A model generated the notes under the pieces. It worked only from the letters and a program-made list of their open reading frames with translations. It had not been told where the DNA came from and did not search any database. From the NCBI GenBank assembly GCA_017406465.1, contig JAFQYM010000013.1:490-64489 (forward strand): a stretch of DNA of 64,000 bases, in the 5' to 3' direction. The stretch comes from Kiritimatiellia bacterium (GTDB taxonomy: Bacteria > Verrucomicrobiota > Kiritimatiellia > RFP12 > UBA1067). Shown here one piece after another: positions 48,866 to 58,800 of this stretch. Position numbers and translations under genes: made by a program. Position 1 is the stretch's first letter. Every line of letters begins with the position of its first letter.

Positions 48866-48876
48866 GGGGGGGGGGG
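48866..48876. repeat. G11 homopolymer in a divergent promoter region
   Basis: 11 consecutive G, about 20 nt upstream of TGATAAAAT (48897-48905). Confidence 0.8.
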
Positions 48877-48967
48877 TGGTTGCTTTGCCGTGGTTTTGAT
48901 AAAATATCATTGTCTTAAGTATCTGGTGAGTGGTGTGATGCCAATTCACTCATTGAGGAATTGTATC

Positions 48968-51900
48968 ATGAGAAAAACGCTGATTGTGGCTGTGGCGATG
49001 CTTGTGGCCATTGGTGCTGTCGAGGCGAGAACGCCGAACTACGACGAGTCGAAGGTCGGGTCGTATACGCTTGAAGATCCGCTGTCGTTTGCAGACGGAC
49101 GCAAGCTTTCCAGCCCTGCGGAATGGCCGGCTCGCCGAGCCGAGATACTTGGCATATTCGCCAAGGAAATGTACGGCGAGGAACCGCCAGCGCCCGAAGT
49201 GGTCGTGACTGAACTCGTCGAGGAAGGGCCTACGTTCGCAGGGCTCGGCATACGCCGCCAGTACAGGATGTGGTTTAGGGCCGACAAGTCGGGGCCGTTC
49301 ATCGACTGGCTGCTCGTCCTTCCTAACCGTCCTCAAGGCGACAACCCCACGAAGAAAGACGGAAAGGTAGTGTGCGAGAGTGCGGGCAAGGTCCCTGTCG
49401 TTATCATGCTCAACTACCGCGGCAACCAGACGGTTCTCGACGAAAACGAGGTGAAGCTGCCGGAAGGCGAGTGGCGCAAGCCGTCAAGCCAGTCCTCGCC
49501 CGAAGAGTCGGAAAACGGGGCGATGCGCGGCACCAGGGCGCGTTCCGTCATCCTGGCCGATGTGATCGCGGCTCGTGGCTACGCGCTTCTCACGGCTTGC
49601 TACGCGCAGGTCTCGCCAGATGTGGAAGTCACGAGAGGCAACCCCGAGGAGCTCGCCTACACGCGTATCTTCGAATTGTGGCCAAAGCGCGACGAAAGCC
49701 GCGATGACAACACGACGGCTCTTGGCGCGTGGGCGTGGGCGCTTTCGCGCGGCCTTGACCTCGCGGGACGCATCCCCGAAATTGACGCGCGGCGTAACGT
49801 CGTAACTGGCTCTTCGCGGCTTGCAAAGGCGGCGCTGCTCGCGGCGGCGCGTGACGAGCGGTTTGCCGTCTGCGTAGCCAATCAGACTGGCGGCGGTGGC
49901 TGTCCGCTTGCGAAGCGCGATTTCGGCGAGAACGTCTCGACGGAAATGAGGTCGTTTCCGCACTGGTACTGCAAGGCCTACGCGAAATACGTGGACAACG
50001 AGCAGGCGATGAAATTCGACCAGCATCTGCTGATCGCGGCAGTTGCGCCGCGCGCGTTGCTCATAGAGGGCTTCAACTCGGGATGGTTCGACACGAAGGG
50101 AGAGTATCTTGCCGCAAGGGCCGCTTCCCCTGTGTGGGAATTTCTCGGCAGGAAGGGCCTTCCCAAGGGAGAGTTCCCGGCGAACTACGACACCTCGCTT
50201 GTTGGCGAGTCGCTTGGCTACGCAAGGCGCGGCGGCCAGCACGGGATCTCCGCGATAGACTGGATATGGACGCTCGATTTCGCCGACCGTGCGCTTGCAG
50301 CCGATGGCGCCACGCCGACGCCTGACAGGTTGCAGCATCTTTTCGACGCGCCTCCGCAGTCGCGTGGCGCGAACGCCTGGTGGCACTGGCAGGGAGCGAA
50401 CGTCACGAAGTCGGGGATAACCCGCGACCTTGAGGCGATGAAGGACGCGGGACTTTCGGGCGCGACAATCTTCAACATTCAGGATATCGGCTGGGATTGC
50501 GAGGAAAGGATGGCCACTCCGCTTTGCCCTGGCATGGAGTACATGAACGACAAGTGGTGGGACCTTGTAGTGTTCGCCGTCTCCGAGGCGAAGCGGCTCG
50601 GTCTTGAGCTCGGCATCCACAACTGCCCCGGCTACTCGACTTCAGGCGGACCGTGGATTACCCCCGAGCTTGGCATGAAGAAGCTCGTGTGGGCGAAGGG
50701 TGACAAGCAGCCCGAGACGAAGCTCGGCTTCTATCGCGACATAGCGCGGGTCAAGACGAAGGACGGCGTCTACCGCTTTGGCTATACTTGTACCGGCAAA
50801 AACACGCATCCCTCGCCGCCCGATGTTGAGGCGGGCTCTCTCGAGGCCGACAAGATGAGCGCAAAGGCCGTTGGCGTTCACATTGACAATCTTCTCAATG
50901 GGCTCGCTGCTCACGGAATCGCCGCGTCCAATCCCGGACTCGCGTTCATCCTTATGGACAGCTACGAGGCGGGCGACGCTAACTGGACCGACGACTTCGC
51001 GCAGGAGTTCACGAAGCGCCGCGGCTACGACCCTGTGCCGTTCTTGCCTGTAATTGCCAAGCTCGGCACCGATTTCGGCCCAGAGCGCGAAGAGCAGTTC
51101 CGTCGCGACTTCGAACGCACTAAGAACGAGTTGCAGACTGAGCGGCACTACCGGCTTTTCAGGGAGCGGCTCAACGCCGCTGGCTTCGAGTTCCACCTTG
51201 AGCCGTATTCCGGGCCGTTCGACTCGCTCGAAGCGACGCAGTTCTGCGACGTGCCGATGACAGAGTTCTGGGTGGGGACTCCATTCTGGGCGAAGGAACC
51301 GTCTAAGGGCGGAGCATGCTGGTTCGCGGGCCCTATTGCCCGCGCCCTTGGCCGCCATGTCACCGGTGCGGAGTCCTTCACCGGCTACCCGATCGACGAT
51401 CCTTTCGCGATTACGCCGCGTGACTTGAAAATTCCGCTTGACGCGACATTGGCGCGCGGCGTGAACCGTCTTTCACTCCACCACTGGGAGCACCAACCGC
51501 TTGGAGCGAACGCACGTCCTGGCTATTCGATGGGGCCGTGGGGAACGCACTTTGGCGAGAACCAGACTTGGCACGAGCCGGCAAAGGGCTTCTACCGCTA
51601 CATTCAGCGTTGCCAGGCACTTCTCCAGGAAGGCGAAATGCGTTGCGACGCGCTGGGGCTTGCCGCGTTCGACGAGGACGGTACCGACGCGCTGCCGCTC
51701 AGCAACTTCCTGACGAACACCGAGGTGACGGTAAGCGGGAAGCTTCGCGTCAAGTCGTCGGGACGCGAATACTCGCTTCTTTTCCTCGAACGCGGCGCAG
51801 AAAAGCGCTTTGCAGACAACACTTCTTGGGATGCCGTAGAGAAAAAGTGCTTCGATCTCGTGCGCGACTACGAGAAGAAGGGGTTAAAGGTCGGTCCCGC

Positions 51901-52852
51901 CTGGAAGCGGACGAAATATTTTGAAATCGCGGAAGGCGATCGCGAGGGCGTGATGGCTTCGTGTCGCAAGTCTGGCGATGCGGCTTTCTTCTTTGTCGCG
52001 AACACGACTGACAATCCGAAGAAGTTCACGGCAAACTTCCGCCAGATTGAAGGACGCGACTTCCAGCCCGAAATCTGGGATCCCGAGACCGATGAGAAAC
52101 GCTGCATCGGCGACTGGGTGACGAAGAACGGCGTGACGCCGGTCCAACTCTCGCTCGCGGCGGAAGAATCCGTATTCGTCGTATTCCGCAAAGACGACGG
52201 CATGAGGTTCTACCGGCGCATACTGCCTCTCGTCGAGACCTTCCACGACGTGAAAGGGCCTTGGACGCTTTGCTTTGATGCAGGTGGCGGTGCACCTGAG
52301 GGCGCGCAGACGCTTTCCGCGCTCAAGTCGTGGACCGATTTTGTCGAACCTGGAATTCGCTACTACTCAGGAACGGCTACTTACGAGACGACGCTCGATG
52401 TTCCAGAGACGTGCGATGCGCTTGATCTCGGCGACGTACGCGACGTTGCGGAGGTGTTTCTCGATGGAGAGCGTATCGGTGCGCTTTGGCATGCACCGTA
52501 TCGCATCGAGTTGCCGCGGAAACTGAAGCCCGGTCGCCATGTGCTCAAGGTGCGCGTGACGAACGCCTGGACGAACCGACTCATAGGCGACGAGAAGGAG
52601 CCGGATGATTGCGTTCTATCGAAGAAGATGCTTGGCTTTGGAGTGCGGATGGTCCAGAGCGAAGGCGTAAAGCGCGACATTCCGCATGGTCGCGCCGTGA
52701 TCGCCATACCAGAGGAGATACGCGCAAACAAGCCGCGCAAGGTCGCGCGATACGCGTTCAGCTCGTGGCGATACATCCTTTCCGACAAGGATCTCCGCCC
52801 GGCTGGGCTTCTCGGTCCGGTCAAGCTCATAACACGAAAGGTGGCCGAATGA
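48968..52852 (+). CDS. Secreted CE15 glucuronoyl-esterase-like / GH106 alpha-L-rhamnosidase-like fusion
   Basis: NYDESKVGSYTLEDPL, LGAWAWALSR.LD, GSSRLAK, DQHLLIAAVAPR; then WWHWQGANVTKSGITRDLEAMK, HNCPGYSTSGGPW, DSYEAG, IRYYSGTATY, GLLGPV. Confidence 0.85.
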   Translation: MRKTLIVAVAMLVAIGAVEARTPNYDESKVGSYTLEDPLSFADGRKLSSPAEWPARRAEILGIFAKEMYGEEPPAPEVVVTELVEEGPTFAGLGIRRQYRMWFRADKSGPFIDWLLVLPNRPQGDNPTKKDGKVVCESAGKVPVVIMLNYRGNQTVLDENEVKLPEGEWRKPSSQSSPEESENGAMRGTRARSVILADVIAARGYALLTACYAQVSPDVEVTRGNPEELAYTRIFELWPKRDESRDDNTTALGAWAWALSRGLDLAGRIPEIDARRNVVTGSSRLAKAALLAAARDERFAVCVANQTGGGGCPLAKRDFGENVSTEMRSFPHWYCKAYAKYVDNEQAMKFDQHLLIAAVAPRALLIEGFNSGWFDTKGEYLAARAASPVWEFLGRKGLPKGEFPANYDTSLVGESLGYARRGGQHGISAIDWIWTLDFADRALAADGATPTPDRLQHLFDAPPQSRGANAWWHWQGANVTKSGITRDLEAMKDAGLSGATIFNIQDIGWDCEERMATPLCPGMEYMNDKWWDLVVFAVSEAKRLGLELGIHNCPGYSTSGGPWITPELGMKKLVWAKGDKQPETKLGFYRDIARVKTKDGVYRFGYTCTGKNTHPSPPDVEAGSLEADKMSAKAVGVHIDNLLNGLAAHGIAASNPGLAFILMDSYEAGDANWTDDFAQEFTKRRGYDPVPFLPVIAKLGTDFGPEREEQFRRDFERTKNELQTERHYRLFRERLNAAGFEFHLEPYSGPFDSLEATQFCDVPMTEFWVGTPFWAKEPSKGGACWFAGPIARALGRHVTGAESFTGYPIDDPFAITPRDLKIPLDATLARGVNRLSLHHWEHQPLGANARPGYSMGPWGTHFGENQTWHEPAKGFYRYIQRCQALLQEGEMRCDALGLAAFDEDGTDALPLSNFLTNTEVTVSGKLRVKSSGREYSLLFLERGAEKRFADNTSWDAVEKKCFDLVRDYEKKGLKVGPAWKRTKYFEIAEGDREGVMASCRKSGDAAFFFVANTTDNPKKFTANFRQIEGRDFQPEIWDPETDEKRCIGDWVTKNGVTPVQLSLAAEESVFVVFRKDDGMRFYRRILPLVETFHDVKGPWTLCFDAGGGAPEGAQTLSALKSWTDFVEPGIRYYSGTATYETTLDVPETCDALDLGDVRDVAEVFLDGERIGALWHAPYRIELPRKLKPGRHVLKVRVTNAWTNRLIGDEKEPDDCVLSKKMLGFGVRMVQSEGVKRDIPHGRAVIAIPEEIRANKPRKVARYAFSSWRYILSDKDLRPAGLLGPVKLITRKVAE

Positions 52853-55230
52853 AAAACGCCTCGAAACTCGTCTTTGCCGCAATTGTTTTTGCCTCGTCGC
52901 AAGTGGCCCCGTTGTCTTCGTTGGCAGAAGATGGCACGGTGTCCTGCTCCGGGAGCTGGCCTGTGCTCCGCGAGTACTCTGGCGAGAAGGCGCGACGCGT
53001 CATGATGCCGATAGGCGGCGTAGGAACCGGCGCGATTTCGCTTTCCGGGAGGGGCGGGCTAGAGTCATTCGAGATAAGGAACGTCGCGGAGAAGAAGTTC
53101 ACTCCTCGTCGCCAGTCGGTGCACCCTGCATTTGTGATTCGCACGAAAGACGAGAAGGGGACCGTCGTCGCGCGTCTTCTCGAAGGGCCGCTCGACAAGT
53201 CGCTTTACGAAGGTGCGTTCGGATGCGAAGCTCCAAACCACGGCTATCCCCGTTTTGCAAAGAGCGTATTCCGCACGGCGTATCCGCTTGCAGAGGTTGA
53301 GCTTGCCGACCCAGGAGTGCCCGTCGCAGTCACTTTGCAGGCAATGAATCCACTTGTGAAGGGAGACGAGGACGCGAGCGGCATGCCAGTCGTCTTGATG
53401 CGCTGGTGCGTAACCAACAAGTCAGCAGATCCATTGCGTGTCACGGTCGCGGCGGCGATGCCCAATCCCTGTGGCGGAACGCTTTCGCAGGAGCGCGTCA
53501 CATCTGCCGCGCTATGCGGTGTCGTCTTTCGAGGAGACGCCGACAAGCCGGGAAAGAAGGAGCCCCGCAACCGCGAGACAGGCGAGTTCGCTGTCACAGT
53601 TCCCAAGAGCGCTGGCATCGTCACCGTCGGAACGTCGATTTCTCACGCTGGATGGAGCGACGGTCTCGACCAATTCTGGGGGCGGCTTGTGGAACATGGC
53701 GACACGGGTGACATGGAAGGTCATGAGAAATGCGCCTTCGGAACGCTCGCAGTGGCCGTTGAGCTAAAACCGGGCGAAGCAAAGACGATCCCGTTTGTAC
53801 TTTCGTGGCGCTTCCCTAACCGCTCGCAGTGGGAGCGGACCAACAAAGGGTTCTACGAGGAGATAAACCACGTTGGGAACCGCTACTGCGAGACCTTTAA
53901 GTCTGCGCTTGCGGCAGCGGAGGCGTTTTCCTCGCGACTCCCAGAACTTGAGTCGAAGACGGTCGAGTTCGTTCGCTCGGTGGTCGATGCAAAAGGCGTG
54001 CCGGATGTCGTGAAGGAGGCGGCACTCTTCAATCTCTCCACGCTGCGCTCGCCGACGTGCTTCCGCACGGCCGACGGACACTTCTTCGGTTGGGAGGGAA
54101 CGGGCGATTCGTTCGGCAGCTGCTATGGCAACTGCACGCACGTGTGGGGATACGAGCATGCGCTCGTAGACATCTGGCCGGCGCTTGCCAAGGACATGCG
54201 TGACCTCGAGTTCCGCCATGCGATGACTGACGAGGGCGCGATTTCGTTTCGCATAGGTCTGCCGCTCGACAGGAACGCGAAACAGCTTGGCAAGGCCGCG
54301 GCCGACGGGCAGATGCAGTGTATCGTCAAGGCGTACGAGTGCTGGGCGAAGACGGGCGACGACGAGTGGATGCGCTTGCTCTATCCGCTCGTCAAGAAGG
54401 CGCTCGGGTTCTCGTGGGCCAAGGGCGGTTGGGATGCGGACTGCGACGGCGTGATGGAGGGCTGCCAGCACAATACGATGGACGTGGACTACTACGGGCC
54501 GAATCCGCAGATGGAGTTTCTCTACCTTGCCGCGCTTCAGGCGATGGAACGCCTTGCCGCGAAATTTGACGACGACGTGACTTTCGCCGCGAAGTGCGCG
54601 GACCTGCGAGCGAAGGGAAGCGCATGGACGGAGAAGAACCTCTTCAACGGCGAATGGTATGAACACAGGGTCGCGTCGGCGGAAGGGGAGTTCAATCCGG
54701 CGACGAGGGGAAGCTGGACGAAACTTGCGGACCTCAAGAACCCAGACTTCCAGCTCGGCCCCGGATGTCTCGTCGACCAGCTTGTCGGCGACTATGCCGT
54801 GCGCGCGGTCGGACTTGATCCTGTGGCCGATTTCGCCCATGCGAGAAAGGCGACGGAGACGATACTGAAGCGCAACCGCCGCGAGCCGGACGCACCGCTC
54901 TTCAACCACATGCGAGACTTCGCGCTCGCGGGAGAGCGTTCGCTCGTGATGGCGTGGTATCCGCCGGAACGAAAGCCGAAAACGCCGTTTCCGTACTATC
55001 CAGAGTCGATGACCGGCTTCGAGTATGTCGTCGCCGCGTGGCTCGCCCAGACAGGCGATTTCGCCGCGGCGGAGGAAGTTGTCCGCGATATCCGCAATCG
55101 CTATGACGGAGAGAAGCGCAGCCCCTTCGATGAGGCCGAGTGCGGCCATCACTACGCCCGCGCCCTCGCCGCGTGGTCGGTCTACAAGGCGTTCAAGGCG
55201 CGGGAAACCACAGTGTGCAGTCCACAATAG
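52849..55230 (+). CDS. Glycoside hydrolase family 116 (GBA2-like)
   Basis: MPIGGVGTG, WEG...CYGNCTHVWGY, AADGQM, QHNTMD, DQLVG, RYDGEKRSPFDEAECGHHYAR. Confidence 0.9.
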   Translation: MKNASKLVFAAIVFASSQVAPLSSLAEDGTVSCSGSWPVLREYSGEKARRVMMPIGGVGTGAISLSGRGGLESFEIRNVAEKKFTPRRQSVHPAFVIRTKDEKGTVVARLLEGPLDKSLYEGAFGCEAPNHGYPRFAKSVFRTAYPLAEVELADPGVPVAVTLQAMNPLVKGDEDASGMPVVLMRWCVTNKSADPLRVTVAAAMPNPCGGTLSQERVTSAALCGVVFRGDADKPGKKEPRNRETGEFAVTVPKSAGIVTVGTSISHAGWSDGLDQFWGRLVEHGDTGDMEGHEKCAFGTLAVAVELKPGEAKTIPFVLSWRFPNRSQWERTNKGFYEEINHVGNRYCETFKSALAAAEAFSSRLPELESKTVEFVRSVVDAKGVPDVVKEAALFNLSTLRSPTCFRTADGHFFGWEGTGDSFGSCYGNCTHVWGYEHALVDIWPALAKDMRDLEFRHAMTDEGAISFRIGLPLDRNAKQLGKAAADGQMQCIVKAYECWAKTGDDEWMRLLYPLVKKALGFSWAKGGWDADCDGVMEGCQHNTMDVDYYGPNPQMEFLYLAALQAMERLAAKFDDDVTFAAKCADLRAKGSAWTEKNLFNGEWYEHRVASAEGEFNPATRGSWTKLADLKNPDFQLGPGCLVDQLVGDYAVRAVGLDPVADFAHARKATETILKRNRREPDAPLFNHMRDFALAGERSLVMAWYPPERKPKTPFPYYPESMTGFEYVVAAWLAQTGDFAAAEEVVRDIRNRYDGEKRSPFDEAECGHHYARALAAWSVYKAFKARETTVCSPQ

Positions 55231-55379
55231 GGTTGGAAAAATGTGCGGCTTGGCTTGAATCTTGCGGCGACGGCTTTAGTGGCGAAAATCGCGGCGGCCC
55301 GTGCGCGAAAAAATGCGCCGCGTTCAAAAGTAAACGCACGTTCTGGAAGTAAACGCAAGAAAGTTAACTCCGAGCGTTA

Positions 55380-55615
55380 GGGCTCCCGCTACCGCTCCGC
55401 CGCTTCGCACCATACAACGGCTATACATGTGTCGGTTGAAGTGTTTTTGGATGCGGCTGTGCCGCATAAATCGGCCGAAGGCCGCTATAATCACTGCAAA
55501 GCAGCGTCTCCTGATTATGGTTGAAAAGTGCGAAGCCGTGGAGCGGGAATGCGCCCGCGCCGAAGGCGTCGGGTCGGGTGAGCGCAAAGCGCGAACTGCG
55601 AAGCAGCCGCAAGGC
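55380..55615. other. Highly structured intergenic element (candidate ncRNA or non-autonomous mobile element)
   Basis: Long stem CCGCTCC..GCTTCGCAC / GTGCGAAGC..GGAGCGG enclosing smaller hairpins, followed by four mini-hairpins. Confidence 0.5.
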
Positions 55616-55661
55616 CCCGCGCGAGAACATCAACCGTCGGAGTTTTTCCAAAACCGCGCAG

Positions 55662-55707
55662 AGGGTCGCAAAGGTTCGGCAGCCCAAAGTAAAATTGGGG
55701 AACCTCC
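55662..55707 (+). repeat. 46-bp direct repeat, copy 1
   Basis: AGGGTCGCAAAGGTTCGGCAGCCCAAAGTAAAATTGGGGAACCTCC, identical to 63610-63655. Confidence 0.95.
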
Positions 55708-55802
55708 AGCCGTGCAACAGTTGTCGGACGGAGCAGATTTTGGTACAATTTTCATCAAGGTATAATTTTCACCAACAAGTTAAACGGCGGAGATACATTC
55801 TT

Positions 55803-58800
55803 ATGCAACACAACCTCAACCTAAGGTTCATCGTGGAACGTTTCGCCGTTTTGTCTATTACGGCACTGACCTCCATGTCTCTCTTTGCAACGGACTACAC
55901 CTGGACGGGTGTCGGCGACGACAACGGCTGGCGCACGCCCGCGAACTGGGGCCAGACGACGAAGTATCCCCAAGGCGGCGACCGGGCGATCTTCCCGGCT
56001 GGCTGCACGGCCGAAGTCAAGATCGGCGCTGTCGAAAACTACGATGCGGTCGCGCAGCTTCGCGTCCTCGCGGGCGCGAATGTCCGCTTCTACGCCGCCG
56101 ACCCGTCCGCCGAAACGCGGCTCGACCTGAAAAACTCCTGGGAGTTCAACTACGAGAACATCGCCGTGACATTCGACCACGTCCGCGTGGACGGCTACAA
56201 GAAGCTCGAACTCGGCACGGGCGCGACGCTATCGGCCATAAACGGATCAGACCTGCGCCTGGGCGACTTCGTCGCGAAAAATGCGGCGGGCGTGTCGCTC
56301 CTTTCCGGCTCCGTGCTTTCGTGCAAATACCTCGACGGCCGTTCCTCCGTCAACACGGTCTATACTCTCGACAATGCGACTTTGACGGATTCCGGCACCT
56401 TCGATTTCCAAAACACCGGAAGTCTCACGCTCTCCAACGGGGCGCGGATGTCTGTGAATGTCTTCCAAGTCACCGGCGACACGGTTCTGACGCTCGACGA
56501 CTCGACCTTCGTCGTGAACGACAACTTCTTTTGCGGGATGGCGACTCCAGGCGGCGGGCGCATCGTCTTCAAAGGCGCGCACCCGCTCTTCTCCATGGCG
56601 AACGGAGGCGCGGAATTCAAGACCCAGAACAACTCCGCCAGCTATACCGGACATTTCGACTTCGACTTCATCGTGCCGGAAGGCGGCTTCGCCGAGGCGC
56701 CCGTCCATCACATTGGACAGCAGTCCTTCCGCAGTACCGGCAACAATCCGACGGACTACATTCGCTTCAACGTCCTTCCGTCCTCGCCGGCGCTTTCCGC
56801 CGGCACGCAGACGGTCTGCCCGCTCTTCCTTTCCATCCAGAACGGCATCGTCCGTTCGAAACTTTCGAATGGCGACACTGCGACGGCGACCTTCCGGTTC
56901 ACCGACCTCTCCGGCGCGACGGAGGCGACCGACGACTGGGGGGCGAAGGCGCTCTACGCGACAATCGGCTCCGGCGCTGCGGCTCCGGCTCCTTCCGCGG
57001 CAGGTTCGCTCTCCCCCCTGCGCACGACTTCGGTAAACCGCCGCCGCATCACCGCGACCGGCGCGGTCGGAGCCATCGCAACGAACGGCGACACGACGCA
57101 TATCGAACTTTGGGCCGGCGAAGCGAACAACGCCGCGACGATGGCACATGTCGCCTCCCTCGCGCCCGAAAGCGCCCCGGCGAACTTTTCCGCCGAATTC
57201 ACGGCGCCGGAAAACATCGGCGAAAAGAAATACTACTTCCAGTGGCGGCTTTTCGACATCGGCGAAGGCGGCGTCACGAACCGCACCGAGTCCACCCCCA
57301 TCTTCGACGCGACGACAAAGGACACGACAATCTACACCTGGACGGGCGCGGGTGACGACAACAAATGGTCGAACCCCGCGAACTGGACCGACGACCAGGG
57401 CGGGGACTGCATCGGCTACCCGCAGTCGGCGGACGCAAAGGCGCGTTTCCGCAAGAGCGCGACCGTCGATATCGACCTCTACAAGACGATCGCCTCGCTC
57501 GACCTAGCGGTCGCCGACTGCGACATCGTCTTTACCTCCTCCGACACCGGCGCGTATCGGCTCACGCTGAACGATCTCAAGATGCCGCTCGAGGGGACGA
57601 CCTGGACGATAGACCATGCATACGTTTACCGCACCGCCGACCTTACGCCTGCGGCCGATTCGAAGGTGGTCGTCAAAAACGGCGGCACCTTCTACATGAA
57701 CTCGCTCCAGCTCTACAATTCCGGCTCCGTCTTCGAGATTGGCGATGGCGGCACGAACAACATCAACTATCTGCGCATCGGCTCCGGGTCGCTTGTCATC
57801 TCCAACGGCTACGTCAACGCCAGGCAAGCCATCTATGTAGGCTCTTCGACAAAGGGCGGCTCGCTTCTCTTCAAGGGGACGCATCCGAGGCTCCATTCGA
57901 GCCTAAAGGATGCCTACTTCACGACCGATCTTGCATCGCCGGAGGCCATTCTCGGCTTCGAGGTGCCGGAGGGCGGATACGAAAGCGCGGTCATCACGTG
58001 CAACAGCGACAAGACGAGGACGTTCTTCTCGGACTCCAAGTCGCAGGGCGTCACGATAAAGATCCTCGAGACGAGCGGCGCCTTCTCCGGCGCCTCCGCG
58101 ACGGTCTCGCCTCTCGTCAACTGGCCAAAGGGCTTCACTACGGCCAACATGGTCTATGCGCCGATTCCCTCGGCGGGCAGCGCCTTCGCGGTCGAGAACA
58201 CGACGCAGCTGAACGTCACGATAAACCCCTACGAGAGGGAGGAAGGCAGGCTCACGGTCGTTTCCGCCCACGGCGCGCCTTCACCGGCGGCCGGCGAACA
58301 CGAGGGCTATGCGGCCGGTGTGGAATACCCACTTTCCTCCGGCGGCATCGTGGTTTCTGGCGGCGTCCGCCACGTTCCGGCGGGATACAATATCTTCACC
58401 GTCGATGGTCTCACCGGCGAGCGCACGCCGGCGGGCTCCGGAACCGAGGACAGCATCGAATACGAATTCCCCGGCGGCTGGGTCGAGATCGAATGGCTCT
58501 GGGAGACCGAAAACGCAACCACGGCCGGAGCGAGCGAGCACGGCACCGTTCAGATAGCCGACGGCTGGGCCGGCGAATACGGATACGCCACGGCCACGGC
58601 TGTGCCGGACGAGGGCTGGCGCTTCTCGTTCTGGTCGGGCGATGTCACGGACGTGGCGATTCTCGAAAACCCCGCCAAGGTGCCGGGGAACCGTCCGCGC
58701 ACGCTCGTCGCGAACTTCGTGCCGGAGGATACCGAGATCGTCGAAAACAGATATACCGGTGCCAACAACGGCTCATGGAACACCGATTCCAACTGGTCGC

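Noticed and set aside
55521-55802. 5' extensions of ORF-track calls (also 1638, 19663, 23284, 30037, 48767, 52609)
   Set aside because: Signal peptides, SD sites and stop/start overlaps support the downstream starts
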